NCBI GenBank assembly: GCA_045544035.1
Contig: JAZPYE010000007.1
Location: 1-32,000, forward strand
DNA: 32,000 nt
Direction: 5' to 3'
Source: Acutalibacteraceae bacterium
GTDB lineage: Bacteria; Bacillota; Clostridia; Oscillospirales; Acutalibacteraceae
Of the stretch, positions 15,615 to 24,298 are shown in pieces. The position numbers and the translations under genes were made by a program. The first letter of the stretch is position 1, and each line of letters opens with the position of its first letter. The notes under the pieces were generated by a model. That model ran no database searches. It was given only the letters and a program-made list of their open reading frames with translations, and was not told where the DNA came from.

Positions 15615-17552
15615 TTAAATATCCAAATCGGTTGCAAAGACCGCGTTTTCTTCTATAAATTGCTTTCTGGGCTCAACCTCTTCACCCATAAGCATTGTAA
15701 AGGTTTCGTTTGCAAGCTCGGCATCGCTCATTGTAACCTGCAAAAATGTTCTGCGCTCGGGGTCAAGGGTGGTTTCCCAAAGCTGGTCGGGGTCCATTTC
15801 ACCAAGACCTTTATAACGCTGAACATCGGCTGTGCCGCCAAGCTTTTCAATATATTCAGCCTTTTCCTCATCGGTAAAGGCATCAAAATGCTGTTTGCCC
15901 TTTGAAACACGGAAAAGGGGAGGCTGTGCTAAATAAATGTGTCCTGTTTCAATAAGCTGTGGCATATAGCGGAAGAAGAAGGTGAGCAGCAGTGTTCTAA
16001 TGTGGCTTCCATCAACATCGGCATCGGCCATAATAACAATTTTATCATAACGTAACTTTGAAATGTCAAAGTTTTCGCCGATTCCGGTGCCCAAAGCCAC
16101 AATAACGGGGGTTAGCTTATCGTTGCCGTAAACCTTGTCATCTCTTGCCTTTTCAACGTTGAGCATTTTACCCCAAAGCGGGAGAATTGCCTGGTAGGTT
16201 GAGTTTCTGCCCTCAACAGCCGAACCGCCTGCAGAATCACCCTCAACGATGTAAATTTCGGTTTTGGTTGCATCATCGGAAATGCAGTCCTTAAGTTTTT
16301 CGGGCATTCTTGTTTTACCGCCAATTCCCGATTTATTTCTCGATGCATCTCTTGCCTTTTGAGCCGCCTCACGGGCGTTTGATGCCGCAATTGCCTTATC
16401 AATAACAATTTTAGCATCGGCAGGGTTTTCTTCTAGGTATTTATAAAGCTGGTCGTTAATGATGTCACGCACCATTTGACCAATTGAGGTGTTACCAAGC
16501 TTTGCCTTTGTTTGGCTTTCAAACTGCGCATCGGCAAGTTTAACCGAAACAACGGCAACGAGGCCCTCCATAATATCCTCACCCTTAAGGTTATCGGAAT
16601 CGACCTTTAACTTTTTAAAGTCGTGAGCATACTTATTAACAACTCTGGTCACCGTTTGGCGGAAAGCCTGCTCGTGGGTGCCTCCATCTATAGTGTGCAG
16701 TGTGTTAGCAAAGGACATAATTTTATTATCATAGGCTGTTGACCACATAAGTGCAATTTCAGCCGTTGAGTCACCCTTTGTGCCCGATAAATAAATAATA
16801 TCGGAAATGGGGTCCTTTTTAATTCCCTTAAGGAGATAGCTTACATATTCCTTAATACCGCCCTCAAACATAAGGTCATCGGTTCTTTTTTCAAAAACAT
16901 CGGAACGCTTGTCCTCTAAAACAATTCTAATGCCTGCATTAAGAAATGCCTGCTCACGAAGACGATTAAGTAAAATATCATAATCATAAGTAGTTGTGTC
17001 GGTAAATATTGTGGGGTCAGGCTTAAAAGTAACGGTGGTTCCTGTTTCACTTGTTTTGCCAATTTTCTCAAGGTCGGTTACAATAACGCCCTTTTCATAG
17101 CGCTGTTTGTAAATATCTGCACCGTCCTTAACCTCAACCTCAAGCCAAGAGGAGAGCGCGTTAACAACCGATGCGCCAACACCGTGCAAACCACCCGAAA
17201 CCTTATAGCCGCTGCCGCCAAACTTACCGCCTGCGTGAAGAATGGTGAAAACAACGGTAACCGAGGGAATTCCCTTTTGGGGATTAATACCAACGGGGAT
17301 ACCACGGCCGTTATCGGTAACACGAATTACACCATCATCAAGAATCTCTACAGTTATTTTTGTACAATAGCCTGCAAGTGCCTCATCTATAGAGTTGTCA
17401 ACAATCTCATAAACAAGGTGGTGTAAACCGCGCTCACCTGTTGAGCCTATGTACATACCCGGGCGTTTTCTTACCGCTTCAAGACCCTCAAGCACCTGAA
17501 TTGAAGATTCATCATAATTTTCGGTGACCTGTACTTTTAAATTCTCGCTCAT
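15615..17552 (-). CDS. gyrB: DNA gyrase subunit B
   Basis: I trimmed the ORF to the ATG at 17552 (MSENLKV..., AGGAG 8 nt upstream). Motifs present are YDESSIQVLEGLEAVRKRPGMYIG, GLHHLVYEIVDNSIDE, the Toprim EGDSAGGS and PLWGKMLNVEKA. Confidence 0.97.
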   Translation of the reverse strand: MSENLKVQVTENYDESSIQVLEGLEAVRKRPGMYIGSTGERGLHHLVYEIVDNSIDEALAGYCTKITVEILDDGVIRVTDNGRGIPVGINPQKGIPSVTVVFTILHAGGKFGGSGYKVSGGLHGVGASVVNALSSWLEVEVKDGADIYKQRYEKGVIVTDLEKIGKTSETGTTVTFKPDPTIFTDTTTYDYDILLNRLREQAFLNAGIRIVLEDKRSDVFEKRTDDLMFEGGIKEYVSYLLKGIKKDPISDIIYLSGTKGDSTAEIALMWSTAYDNKIMSFANTLHTIDGGTHEQAFRQTVTRVVNKYAHDFKKLKVDSDNLKGEDIMEGLVAVVSVKLADAQFESQTKAKLGNTSIGQMVRDIINDQLYKYLEENPADAKIVIDKAIAASNAREAAQKARDASRNKSGIGGKTRMPEKLKDCISDDATKTEIYIVEGDSAGGSAVEGRNSTYQAILPLWGKMLNVEKARDDKVYGNDKLTPVIVALGTGIGENFDISKLRYDKIVIMADADVDGSHIRTLLLTFFFRYMPQLIETGHIYLAQPPLFRVSKGKQHFDAFTDEEKAEYIEKLGGTADVQRYKGLGEMDPDQLWETTLDPERRTFLQVTMSDAELANETFTMLMGEEVEPRKQFIEENAVFATDLDI

Positions 17553-17593
17553 TTTTAATCTCCTGTTCAATAAATATGGAAACCATTTATTTA

Positions 17594-17615
17594 AAATGTT
17601 TCACGTGAAACATTT
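17594..17615. promoter_or_regulatory. 22-bp perfect palindrome AAATGTTTCACGTGAAACATTT in the remB-gyrB spacer
   Basis: Read directly from the sequence. It lies 16 nt after the remB stop and 42 nt before the gyrB ATG. It shares the core TGTTTCACGTGAAACA with 11964-11979. Confidence 0.6.
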
Positions 17616-17630
17616 ATTTTTTAAAAATTC

Positions 17631-17891
17631 TCACATTTTTTCAAGAAAACCGCTTCTTTTTAGCAGTGTTGTTGGCGAAATTTGAGAAAGATATATTTTT
17701 TGCTCTCCTTTTTCTTTGCATAAAATAAAGGATTTTGGCAGTTCATAAGAAACAACCGAAACCTGCCCTTTTTTTTCTGCTTCATTTAAAAATTTTCGGG
17801 TTTTTTTTGAAACAGTTGTTGTATCAAGATCAAAAATACCTATAATATCCTCGGTTTTAATAACCTTTTCCTGCCCTAAATGAAGATACAT
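17631..17891 (-). CDS. remB: DUF370 protein (RemB/YaaB-like)
   Basis: The ORF sits in the conserved position between recF and gyrB. The sequence MYLHLGQEKVIKTEDIIGIFDLD... is typical of DUF370. I prefer the ATG at 17891 (GAGGAA 8 nt upstream, 4 nt after the recF stop) to the ORF-track start at 17906. Confidence 0.8.
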   Translation of the reverse strand: MYLHLGQEKVIKTEDIIGIFDLDTTTVSKKTRKFLNEAEKKGQVSVVSYELPKSFILCKEKGEQKIYLSQISPTTLLKRSGFLEKM

Positions 17892-17895
17892 TTTT

Positions 17896-18963
17896 TTATT
17901 CCTCAATTTTTCCTTTTTTTATTTCTATTTTCTTACCTTCCTTTAATCGGTCGACAACATCAGGCTCACAGCAGGTTATAAGCACCTGCCAACCCTTTAT
18001 GTGGTTTAAAATATATTCCTGCCTTGAAGGGTCTAGTTCACTCATAACATCATCAAGCAGCGCCACGGGAAATTCCCCTGTTATCTTTTTAATAACATGG
18101 GCTTCGCTAAGTTTTAAACTAAGCGCCACGCTTCTCATTTGTCCCTGTGAGCCAAATTTTCTCGCATTTAGCCCGTTTATTAAAAATTCAATATCATCAC
18201 GGTGAGGTCCTGCCGAGGTTATTCCTGCAAGAGCGTCACTCTTCCTAGAATTAACAAGATATTGTGCAAAATTTTCTTCATTTGCGCTGTTTAGATAATT
18301 TATGTTTATTTTTTCTTTTTCACCAGACAAACCACTGTAAATTTCGGTTAAGATGGGTGTTATAAGTTCAATGTATCTTAAACGGTATTTAATTATTTTT
18401 TTACCGTTTTCGCAAATTTCAGCTTCAAATGCAGATAAAATCTTTAAATCAATATTTTCTTTTAAACTCTGCTTTAAAATTGCATTGCGCTGGGTCACAG
18501 CACGGGTGTAATCCTTTAAATAATTTATGTATTTAGGATAAAGCTGACCTATTGCAATATCAATAAAGCGGCGGCGCTCCTTTGGACCGTCTTTTATTAG
18601 AGAAAGGTCTGAAGGGGAGAAAACAATGGCATAAAAATTTCCTGCAAGCATGCCGGGTGATGAAAGAGGTTTTGAATTTATAAATGCTTTGCGCCTGTTT
18701 TCAATAATAATTTTTTCATCTTTTTCAACACCGTTTGATTTAAATGTTAAATCAAGAACTGCTTTTTCAGAGTTTAACATTTTAATTTCGCTGTCCTTAG
18801 CGCCTCTAAAACTTTTAGCACCTGTAAAAAGCCACACAGCCTCAATTAAATTTGTTTTGCCCTGTGCATTTTCACCATAAATAACATTTATCCCATCACT
18901 TGGAAAAAAAGAAATTTCTTTTATATTGCGAAAATTTTTAATTTTTAAACTTTTAATTTTCAT
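17896..18963 (-). CDS. recF: DNA replication/repair protein RecF
   Basis: 355-aa ORF. It has LKIKNFRNI, a Walker A motif GENAQGKTNLIEA, the SMC signature FGSQGQMRS and a Walker B motif LLDDVMSELD. Confidence 0.95.
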   Translation of the reverse strand: MKIKSLKIKNFRNIKEISFFPSDGINVIYGENAQGKTNLIEAVWLFTGAKSFRGAKDSEIKMLNSEKAVLDLTFKSNGVEKDEKIIIENRRKAFINSKPLSSPGMLAGNFYAIVFSPSDLSLIKDGPKERRRFIDIAIGQLYPKYINYLKDYTRAVTQRNAILKQSLKENIDLKILSAFEAEICENGKKIIKYRLRYIELITPILTEIYSGLSGEKEKININYLNSANEENFAQYLVNSRKSDALAGITSAGPHRDDIEFLINGLNARKFGSQGQMRSVALSLKLSEAHVIKKITGEFPVALLDDVMSELDPSRQEYILNHIKGWQVLITCCEPDVVDRLKEGKKIEIKKGKIEE

Positions 18964-19168
18964 TTTCTATAACAAAATTTTGTCCTTCAAAGGTAAAAAC
19001 ATCACCTGAATATAATTTTTTGCCCCTCATTAAACAAATTTCGCCGTTTACAGCCACTTCTCCATTTTGAATTACTATTTTCGCGTGTCCACCTGTCCCC
19101 ACGGCTGAGGCTAATTTTAAGGCCGAATCAAGTTTTATAAATTTTTCTTTTATATAAACCTTTTTCAT
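18953..19168 (-). CDS. yaaA: S4 domain-containing RNA-binding protein YaaA
   Basis: 71-aa ORF in the canonical slot between dnaN and recF. IKLDSALKLASAVGTGGHAKIVIQNGEVAVNGE is an S4 fold motif. It overlaps recF by 11 nt. Confidence 0.85.
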   Translation of the reverse strand: MKKVYIKEKFIKLDSALKLASAVGTGGHAKIVIQNGEVAVNGEICLMRGKKLYSGDVFTFEGQNFVIENEN

Positions 19169-19171
19169 TTT

Positions 19172-20272
19172 TTATTTTAACCTCATGGGCATAATCATAT
19201 ATTTATATTCATCGTGTTCGGTGGGATTAATAACAACGCCTGAATTTGCGCCATTAAAAAGAATTTCAACCCTTTCTTCCTCTGTTGCCTTTAAAGCCTC
19301 TAATAAATAGCGGCTGTTAAGACCAATTTCAAATGAAGCACCCTCAAGAGAAATTTCATATTCCTCTTTAGCGCGGCCAACTGCAGTAGCGCAAGAAAAG
19401 GAAATTTTATCCTCCTCAAAAAGACAACGAACAGGTGTTGAAAAACTGTCACTTATAATAATTGACATTCTCTCAATAATGTTAATTAAATCCCTTGTGT
19501 TAATAAAAACTCTTTGTTTAAATTCATCGGGAATGGTTTTTTTGTAATTTACAAAATCACCCTCAAAAACACGTGATATAAAGGTATAACCATTAATAAT
19601 GAAGGCAACAAGCTTTCTTGAAATTTTAATATCAACATCCTCACAGTCTTCACCAATAAGTTTTACAACCTCGCTTATTGATTTACCGGGAATAATGAAT
19701 TCAAAATTTTTATCAGTTGCAACCTTTTGGCGGCGAATTGCAAGGCGATAACCATCAATGGCAACAAACTGTAAGGTTTTATTTTCCACCGAAACATTTA
19801 CACCTGTTAAAATTGGGCGGGTTCCCTCATTTTGAGCAACAGCAAAAAGTGTTCCTCTCACCATATCCTTTAAAATTTCGGCCTCAATGGTTACATTTTC
19901 GCCCTCAGAAAAGAAGGGAACCTCTGGATAAACCTTGGCATCCATTCCCATAATGTCAAAAACAGCGCCGCCTGATGAAATGTGGCACATTAAACGGTCA
20001 TCACTTTCAATTCTAACCTGAATTCCGTTCATTCTTCTTAAAATATCAGAAAGAAAGCGTGCAGGAAGAACAATATCTCCTTCTACACTTGTGTTGGCAT
20101 AAATTTCCTTTTTAATACCCATTTCAAGGTTATAAGATAAAAGTGTTATTTTTCCCTTTTCGGCGCTTATTAAAATTCCCTCTAAAACGGGCTGAGAGGT
20201 TTTGTTTGATACAATCCTTGATAAATTAGTTACAGCATCAAGCAGTTTTTCTCTTTCAACTTCAAAAATCAT
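19172..20272 (-). CDS. dnaN: DNA polymerase III subunit beta (sliding clamp)
   Basis: 366-aa ORF. The N-terminus F.V.REKLLDAV..LSRIV..KTSQPVLEGILI, the C-terminal MIMPMRL and its position after dnaA support the call. Confidence 0.95.
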   Translation of the reverse strand: MIFEVEREKLLDAVTNLSRIVSNKTSQPVLEGILISAEKGKITLLSYNLEMGIKKEIYANTSVEGDIVLPARFLSDILRRMNGIQVRIESDDRLMCHISSGGAVFDIMGMDAKVYPEVPFFSEGENVTIEAEILKDMVRGTLFAVAQNEGTRPILTGVNVSVENKTLQFVAIDGYRLAIRRQKVATDKNFEFIIPGKSISEVVKLIGEDCEDVDIKISRKLVAFIINGYTFISRVFEGDFVNYKKTIPDEFKQRVFINTRDLINIIERMSIIISDSFSTPVRCLFEEDKISFSCATAVGRAKEEYEISLEGASFEIGLNSRYLLEALKATEEERVEILFNGANSGVVINPTEHDEYKYMIMPMRLK

Positions 20273-20492
20273 AAAAATTCTCCTTTAAAAGAATATTTTA
20301 ATTATCAGTATTATTATATTATGTGGAAATGTGGGATAAGTATTTAAATCCCTTTAAAACAAAGAAAAAAAAAGGTGGAAAAAAATTTAATAAAAATTGA
20401 ATAAAAAATATGATAAAAAAGTTATAAACGGGGGTGTTAATAAGTAAAGGTTAAATTATGTTAAAATTGGGGATAACTTGTCCTAAAAAATT
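20273..20492. other. candidate oriC segment (dnaA-dnaN spacer) with degenerate DnaA boxes and an A/T-rich unwinding tract
   Basis: Matches to TGTGGATAA are TGGGGATAA at 20468-20476 (8/9), TGTGGAAAT at 20322-20330 (7/9), TGTGGGATAA at 20330-20339 (consensus with one extra G) and TGTTAATAA at 20435-20443 (7/9). The tract 20361-20420 is almost pure A/T. The Bacillus-type bipartite origin places the DUE in this spacer. Confidence 0.6.
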
Positions 20493-21806
20493 TTACTGCG
20501 CTTCCTGCAAATTTCTTATCATGTTTTCAATCATTTCTTTTTCGTAAGGCTTGTCTTTTAAAAAATTTTCAATTTTCTTAATGTTATAAAGCACGGTGGT
20601 GTGGTCACGGCCAAAATGGTCTCCAATTGCTTTATAGGACATATCGGTCATTTCTCTTACTATAAACATTGCAACCTGGCGCGCCTGAGCTAACTGTTGG
20701 GTTTTACGATTTGAATAAATATCGGCTTCGGAAACGTTATAAGAACGGGCAACCTCGCTTATAATTTTTTCAACGCGAACGGGCTCTGGCGCCGAATCAT
20801 CAACAACTTTTTTAATAAAATCCTGAACAACCGAAACGGTGGGGGTGCCGCCCTGAATTTGAACATAGGCTTTAATGTTTTTAACAACGCCTTCAAGCTG
20901 CCTTGTGTTTTTCTTAATATGGTCGGCAATAAGGAAAACAAGGGAATCATCAATGGTGAGATTTAATTCGTTTGCCTTTTTCTTTATAATTCCAACCCGT
21001 GTTTCAAAATCAGGAGGGGTAATATCAGCGAAAAGACCGCCCTCAAATCGGGAGCGAATGCGGTCATCAAGGGTTTTAATATCCTTTGGAGGTCTGTCCA
21101 TTGTAACAATGATTTTTTTATTGTTTTGGTAAAGAGCGTTGAAGGTGTTAAAAAATTCCTCCTGGGTTTGCTCCTTACCGGCAATAAACTGAATGTCATC
21201 AATAAGCAAAATATCCACCGAACGGAAACGGTTTCTGAATTCGGTTATGGTGCCATCCTTAATTGCGGCAATCATTTGGTTTGTGAAATCTTCACACCTT
21301 AAATATTCAATTTTGCGTGAGGGGAAATGCTTTAGAGAATGATTTTTAACCGCCAGTAGCAGATGGGTTTTGCCAACGCCCGAATTACCGTAAATAACAA
21401 GAGGGGTTTGGGCATTTGACTCGTTGTTTGCAATAGAAAAGGATGCCGCGTGGGCAAAGCGGTTTGTGGGGCCAACGATAAAGTTATCAAAGGTAAAGCA
21501 TGAGGCAAAGGAAAAATCTTCGGCAACCTGTTCAGTTAGAACTGAACCGTTTTCATCCTCAATTAAAATAATGATTTCAAAATCAATTCCCATAATTTGT
21601 TTTAAGGCACTTTTTAAAAGCTGGGTGTAGTTATCCTCAATGATACCTTTTTTATATTCATTATCAATTCCCATAACGAACTCGCCGGCGCGAAGCTCAA
21701 TGGGGTGAAGGTCCTTAAGCCAGCAGTTAAAGGCAACCTCGGTGATACTCTCAAGGCAAACCTCTTTAACGGCGGCCCAAACATCGTTTAGTGATTCTAT
21801 CTTCAA
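20493..21806 (-). CDS. dnaA: chromosomal replication initiator protein DnaA
   Basis: 437-aa ORF with a TTG start at 21806 (GAGGAA 8 nt upstream). It has FTFDNFIVGPTNRFAHAA, a Walker A motif GNSGVGKTHLL, LLIDDIQF, and a domain IV with DHTTVLYN. Confidence 0.97.
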   Translation of the reverse strand: MKIESLNDVWAAVKEVCLESITEVAFNCWLKDLHPIELRAGEFVMGIDNEYKKGIIEDNYTQLLKSALKQIMGIDFEIIILIEDENGSVLTEQVAEDFSFASCFTFDNFIVGPTNRFAHAASFSIANNESNAQTPLVIYGNSGVGKTHLLLAVKNHSLKHFPSRKIEYLRCEDFTNQMIAAIKDGTITEFRNRFRSVDILLIDDIQFIAGKEQTQEEFFNTFNALYQNNKKIIVTMDRPPKDIKTLDDRIRSRFEGGLFADITPPDFETRVGIIKKKANELNLTIDDSLVFLIADHIKKNTRQLEGVVKNIKAYVQIQGGTPTVSVVQDFIKKVVDDSAPEPVRVEKIISEVARSYNVSEADIYSNRKTQQLAQARQVAMFIVREMTDMSYKAIGDHFGRDHTTVLYNIKKIENFLKDKPYEKEMIENMIRNLQEAQ

Positions 21807-22100
21807 AATATTTCCTCCCCTGCATTTTTTATTGTATTAAGTTAAATAAATAATTATATATCATAACATTATACATTATAACACTAAAATTTATAAATTA
21901 CAATAAGAAAATATAATATTATATATAATATATAATAAAAACTATAGAAATTCACATTTCTTACAAAAAGAGTACAAAAAGAAGGCAAAATTTAAAACCC
22001 CGCAGGGCTCAAATTTAAAGGTTTTAAGAAAAAATGTATTATTTAGAAAATAACAGCAAAAATAAAAAGGAACAAAAATAAAAAAGGAGAAAAGGAAAAA
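21807..22100. other. A/T-rich divergent control region between dnaA and the ABC transporter (possible second oriC half and promoters)
   Basis: The region is 294 bp with long ATATAATA-type low-complexity runs (21900-21940). I found only a 6/9 DnaA-box match (AAATTCACA, about 21948-21956). Coding polarity switches here. Confidence 0.35.
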
Positions 22101-23429
22101 ATGAAAAAAATAATTTCTTTAATTTTTGCTATTATTTTGTGTTTTAGCCTCACATTCACCCTGGCAGGCTGTAACAAAAAGGAAACAGCGCAGGTTTATT
22201 TTTTAAATTTTAAACCTGAAAGTGCCAAGGTGTACGGTGAAATCGCCAAGGCTTACGAAAAAGAAAAAGGGGTTAAAATTAAGGTTGTAACGGCCTCATC
22301 CGGGGCTTATGAGCAAACCTTAAAATCAGAAATCGCCAAGGATTTTGCCCCCACAATTTTTCAGATTAACGGCCCTGTTGGTTACACCGCCTGGAAGGAT
22401 TACTGTTTAGACCTTAAAGATACCACACTTTATAACATTTTAACCGACAAGGCGCTGGCTGTAAGAGATGGCGATGGCGTTTTTGCCGTTCCTTATGTGG
22501 TTGAGGGCTACGGTATCATTTACAACGGGGAAATTATGGAAAAATATTTTAGTCTTTCTACTAAAAAGACAAAAATATCCTCTACTTCCGAAATTAATTC
22601 CTTTGACGCCCTAAAGGCAGTGGCAGAGGATATGACCGCCCACAAAAAGGAGCTGGGCATTGAGGGCGCCTTTGCCTCCACCTCGCTTATTTCAGGTGAG
22701 GATTGGCGAAGCCACACCCACCTTGCAAACATTCCTATTCACTATGAATTTAAGGACAGCGAAAACGCGCCATTAACCGTTTTGCAAACGGCGGAAATTT
22801 CCTTTAAGCACGCCGATAATTATAAAAAACTGTTTGATTTATTCCTTAACAATTCAGTCACCGAAAAGGGCTTGCTTGGCACAAAATCGGTTGCCGATTC
22901 CATGGCGGAATTCGCCCTCGGCAAAGCGGCAATGGTGCAAAACGGCAGCTGGAGCTATTCCCAAATTGCCGAGGTAAAGGGCAATACCGTAAAGGCGGAT
23001 AAAATTGGCTTTTTGCCTCTTTTTATGGACTTTGAAGGGGAAGAAAACCAGGGCATTTGCATTGGCACCGAAAATTATTTAGCCATTAACAAAAAAGCAA
23101 CTGCCGAACAGCAAAAGGCTTCTCTCGATTTTCTCACATGGCTTTTCACAGAGGAAAACGGCAAGCGTTTTGTAAGTGAGGAGCTGGGCTTTTTGACCCC
23201 GTTTACAACCTTTTCGGCAGAAGATGCGCCAAACGACCCGCTATCAAAAGAGGTTGTTAGGTTTATGAACGATAAAACAAAGGATAATGTGCCCTGGACC
23301 TTCACCTCATTCCCGGGCGAAATTTTCAAAAAGGCATTTGGCGGAGCGCTCCTTGAATATGCTCAAGGGTCAAAGACCTTTGATGATGTTATAAAAACAG
23401 TAAAGGAAAAATGGAAGGAAGCAAGGTGA
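22101..23429 (+). CDS. carbohydrate ABC transporter substrate-binding lipoprotein (CUT1 family)
   Basis: 442-aa ORF. It has a signal peptide with the lipobox LAGC, and the general features of an extracellular solute-binding protein (family 1). It is followed by two permease genes and malQ. Confidence 0.85.
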   Translation: MKKIISLIFAIILCFSLTFTLAGCNKKETAQVYFLNFKPESAKVYGEIAKAYEKEKGVKIKVVTASSGAYEQTLKSEIAKDFAPTIFQINGPVGYTAWKDYCLDLKDTTLYNILTDKALAVRDGDGVFAVPYVVEGYGIIYNGEIMEKYFSLSTKKTKISSTSEINSFDALKAVAEDMTAHKKELGIEGAFASTSLISGEDWRSHTHLANIPIHYEFKDSENAPLTVLQTAEISFKHADNYKKLFDLFLNNSVTEKGLLGTKSVADSMAEFALGKAAMVQNGSWSYSQIAEVKGNTVKADKIGFLPLFMDFEGEENQGICIGTENYLAINKKATAEQQKASLDFLTWLFTEENGKRFVSEELGFLTPFTTFSAEDAPNDPLSKEVVRFMNDKTKDNVPWTFTSFPGEIFKKAFGGALLEYAQGSKTFDDVIKTVKEKWKEAR

Positions 23430-23434
23430 AAGGG

Positions 23435-24298
23435 ATGATTAAACGGGGAAAAGGGGATTTTATAATCTTTGCTCTCCCAACCCTTATCTGTTTTACAGTT
23501 GCCTTCATTATTCCCTTTGTTATGGGGCTTTACCTTTCCTTCACCTCATTTACCACCGTGAGTGATGCCACATTTGTGGGGCTCCAAAATTTTGTAAATA
23601 TTTTTAAAAACGGTGGAGAGTTTTTGGCTTCCCTAAAATTCACCCTGCTTTTCACCCTTGTCAGCGTTTTAACCGTTAATGTTTTCGGTTTCCTGCTTGC
23701 CCTGCTGCTCACCTCATCGGTTCGTGGCAAAACCTTTTATCGCACCGTGTTTTTTATGCCCAACCTCATCGGCGGAATAGTGCTGGGTTACATTTGGCAG
23801 CTGGTGCTTAACGGTATTTTAAGAAATTTCGGAGTAACGCTTACCACAAGCGAGGTTTACGGCTTTTTCGGCCTTATGGTTTTAATGAACTGGCAAATGA
23901 TAGGTTATATGATGGTCATTTTCGTTGCGGGAATTTCCTCACTGCCCACTCAAATGCTGGAGGCGGCAAGGGTGGATGGCGCAAACTATTTCACCACACT
24001 TTTAAGGGTGATTTTGCCCAATTTAAAGGAAAGCTTCACAATTTGCCTTTTCTTAACCCTAACCAATTCCTTTAAACTTTTTGACCAGAACCTAAGCCTT
24101 ACCGGCGGCGCGCCATCGGGAAAAAGCTCAATGCTTGCTCTAAACATTTACGACACGTTTTACGGCAGCGTTGGCAGGGAGGGCCTAGGCCAGGCAAAGG
24201 CGGTAATTTTTTCTATAATTGTTGCCCTTGTGGCGTTTTTACAGTTTTATTTAACCAGAGAAAGGGGCAATAAAAAATGGCAAAAAGAAAAACACTAA
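23435..24298 (+). CDS. carbohydrate ABC transporter permease (MalF/UgpA-like)
   Basis: The ORF has six predicted TM segments and an EAA-loop region (MLEAARVDGANYFTTLLRVILP). An alternative ATG at 23411 overlaps the binding-protein gene by 19 nt. Confidence 0.85.
   Translation: MIKRGKGDFIIFALPTLICFTVAFIIPFVMGLYLSFTSFTTVSDATFVGLQNFVNIFKNGGEFLASLKFTLLFTLVSVLTVNVFGFLLALLLTSSVRGKTFYRTVFFMPNLIGGIVLGYIWQLVLNGILRNFGVTLTTSEVYGFFGLMVLMNWQMIGYMMVIFVAGISSLPTQMLEAARVDGANYFTTLLRVILPNLKESFTICLFLTLTNSFKLFDQNLSLTGGAPSGKSSMLALNIYDTFYGSVGREGLGQAKAVIFSIIVALVAFLQFYLTRERGNKKWQKEKH

Noticed and set aside
17553-17570. Alternative upstream starts: TTG for gyrB at 17570, TTG for yebC at 29898, ATG for the VanY-like gene at 30815, and ATG for remB at 17906.
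   Set aside because: In each case the downstream ATG has proper SD spacing and begins at the conserved family N-terminus or signal peptide. The upstream codons add unconserved residues.
17631-21806. The remB-recF-yaaA-dnaN-dnaA block looks more AT-rich than gyrB and gyrA, raising the question of foreign origin.
   Set aside because: These are universally conserved core genes in canonical order. The difference is modest, I cannot quantify it by eye, and it is more likely a matter of expression level or codon bias. It should be recomputed before drawing any conclusion.
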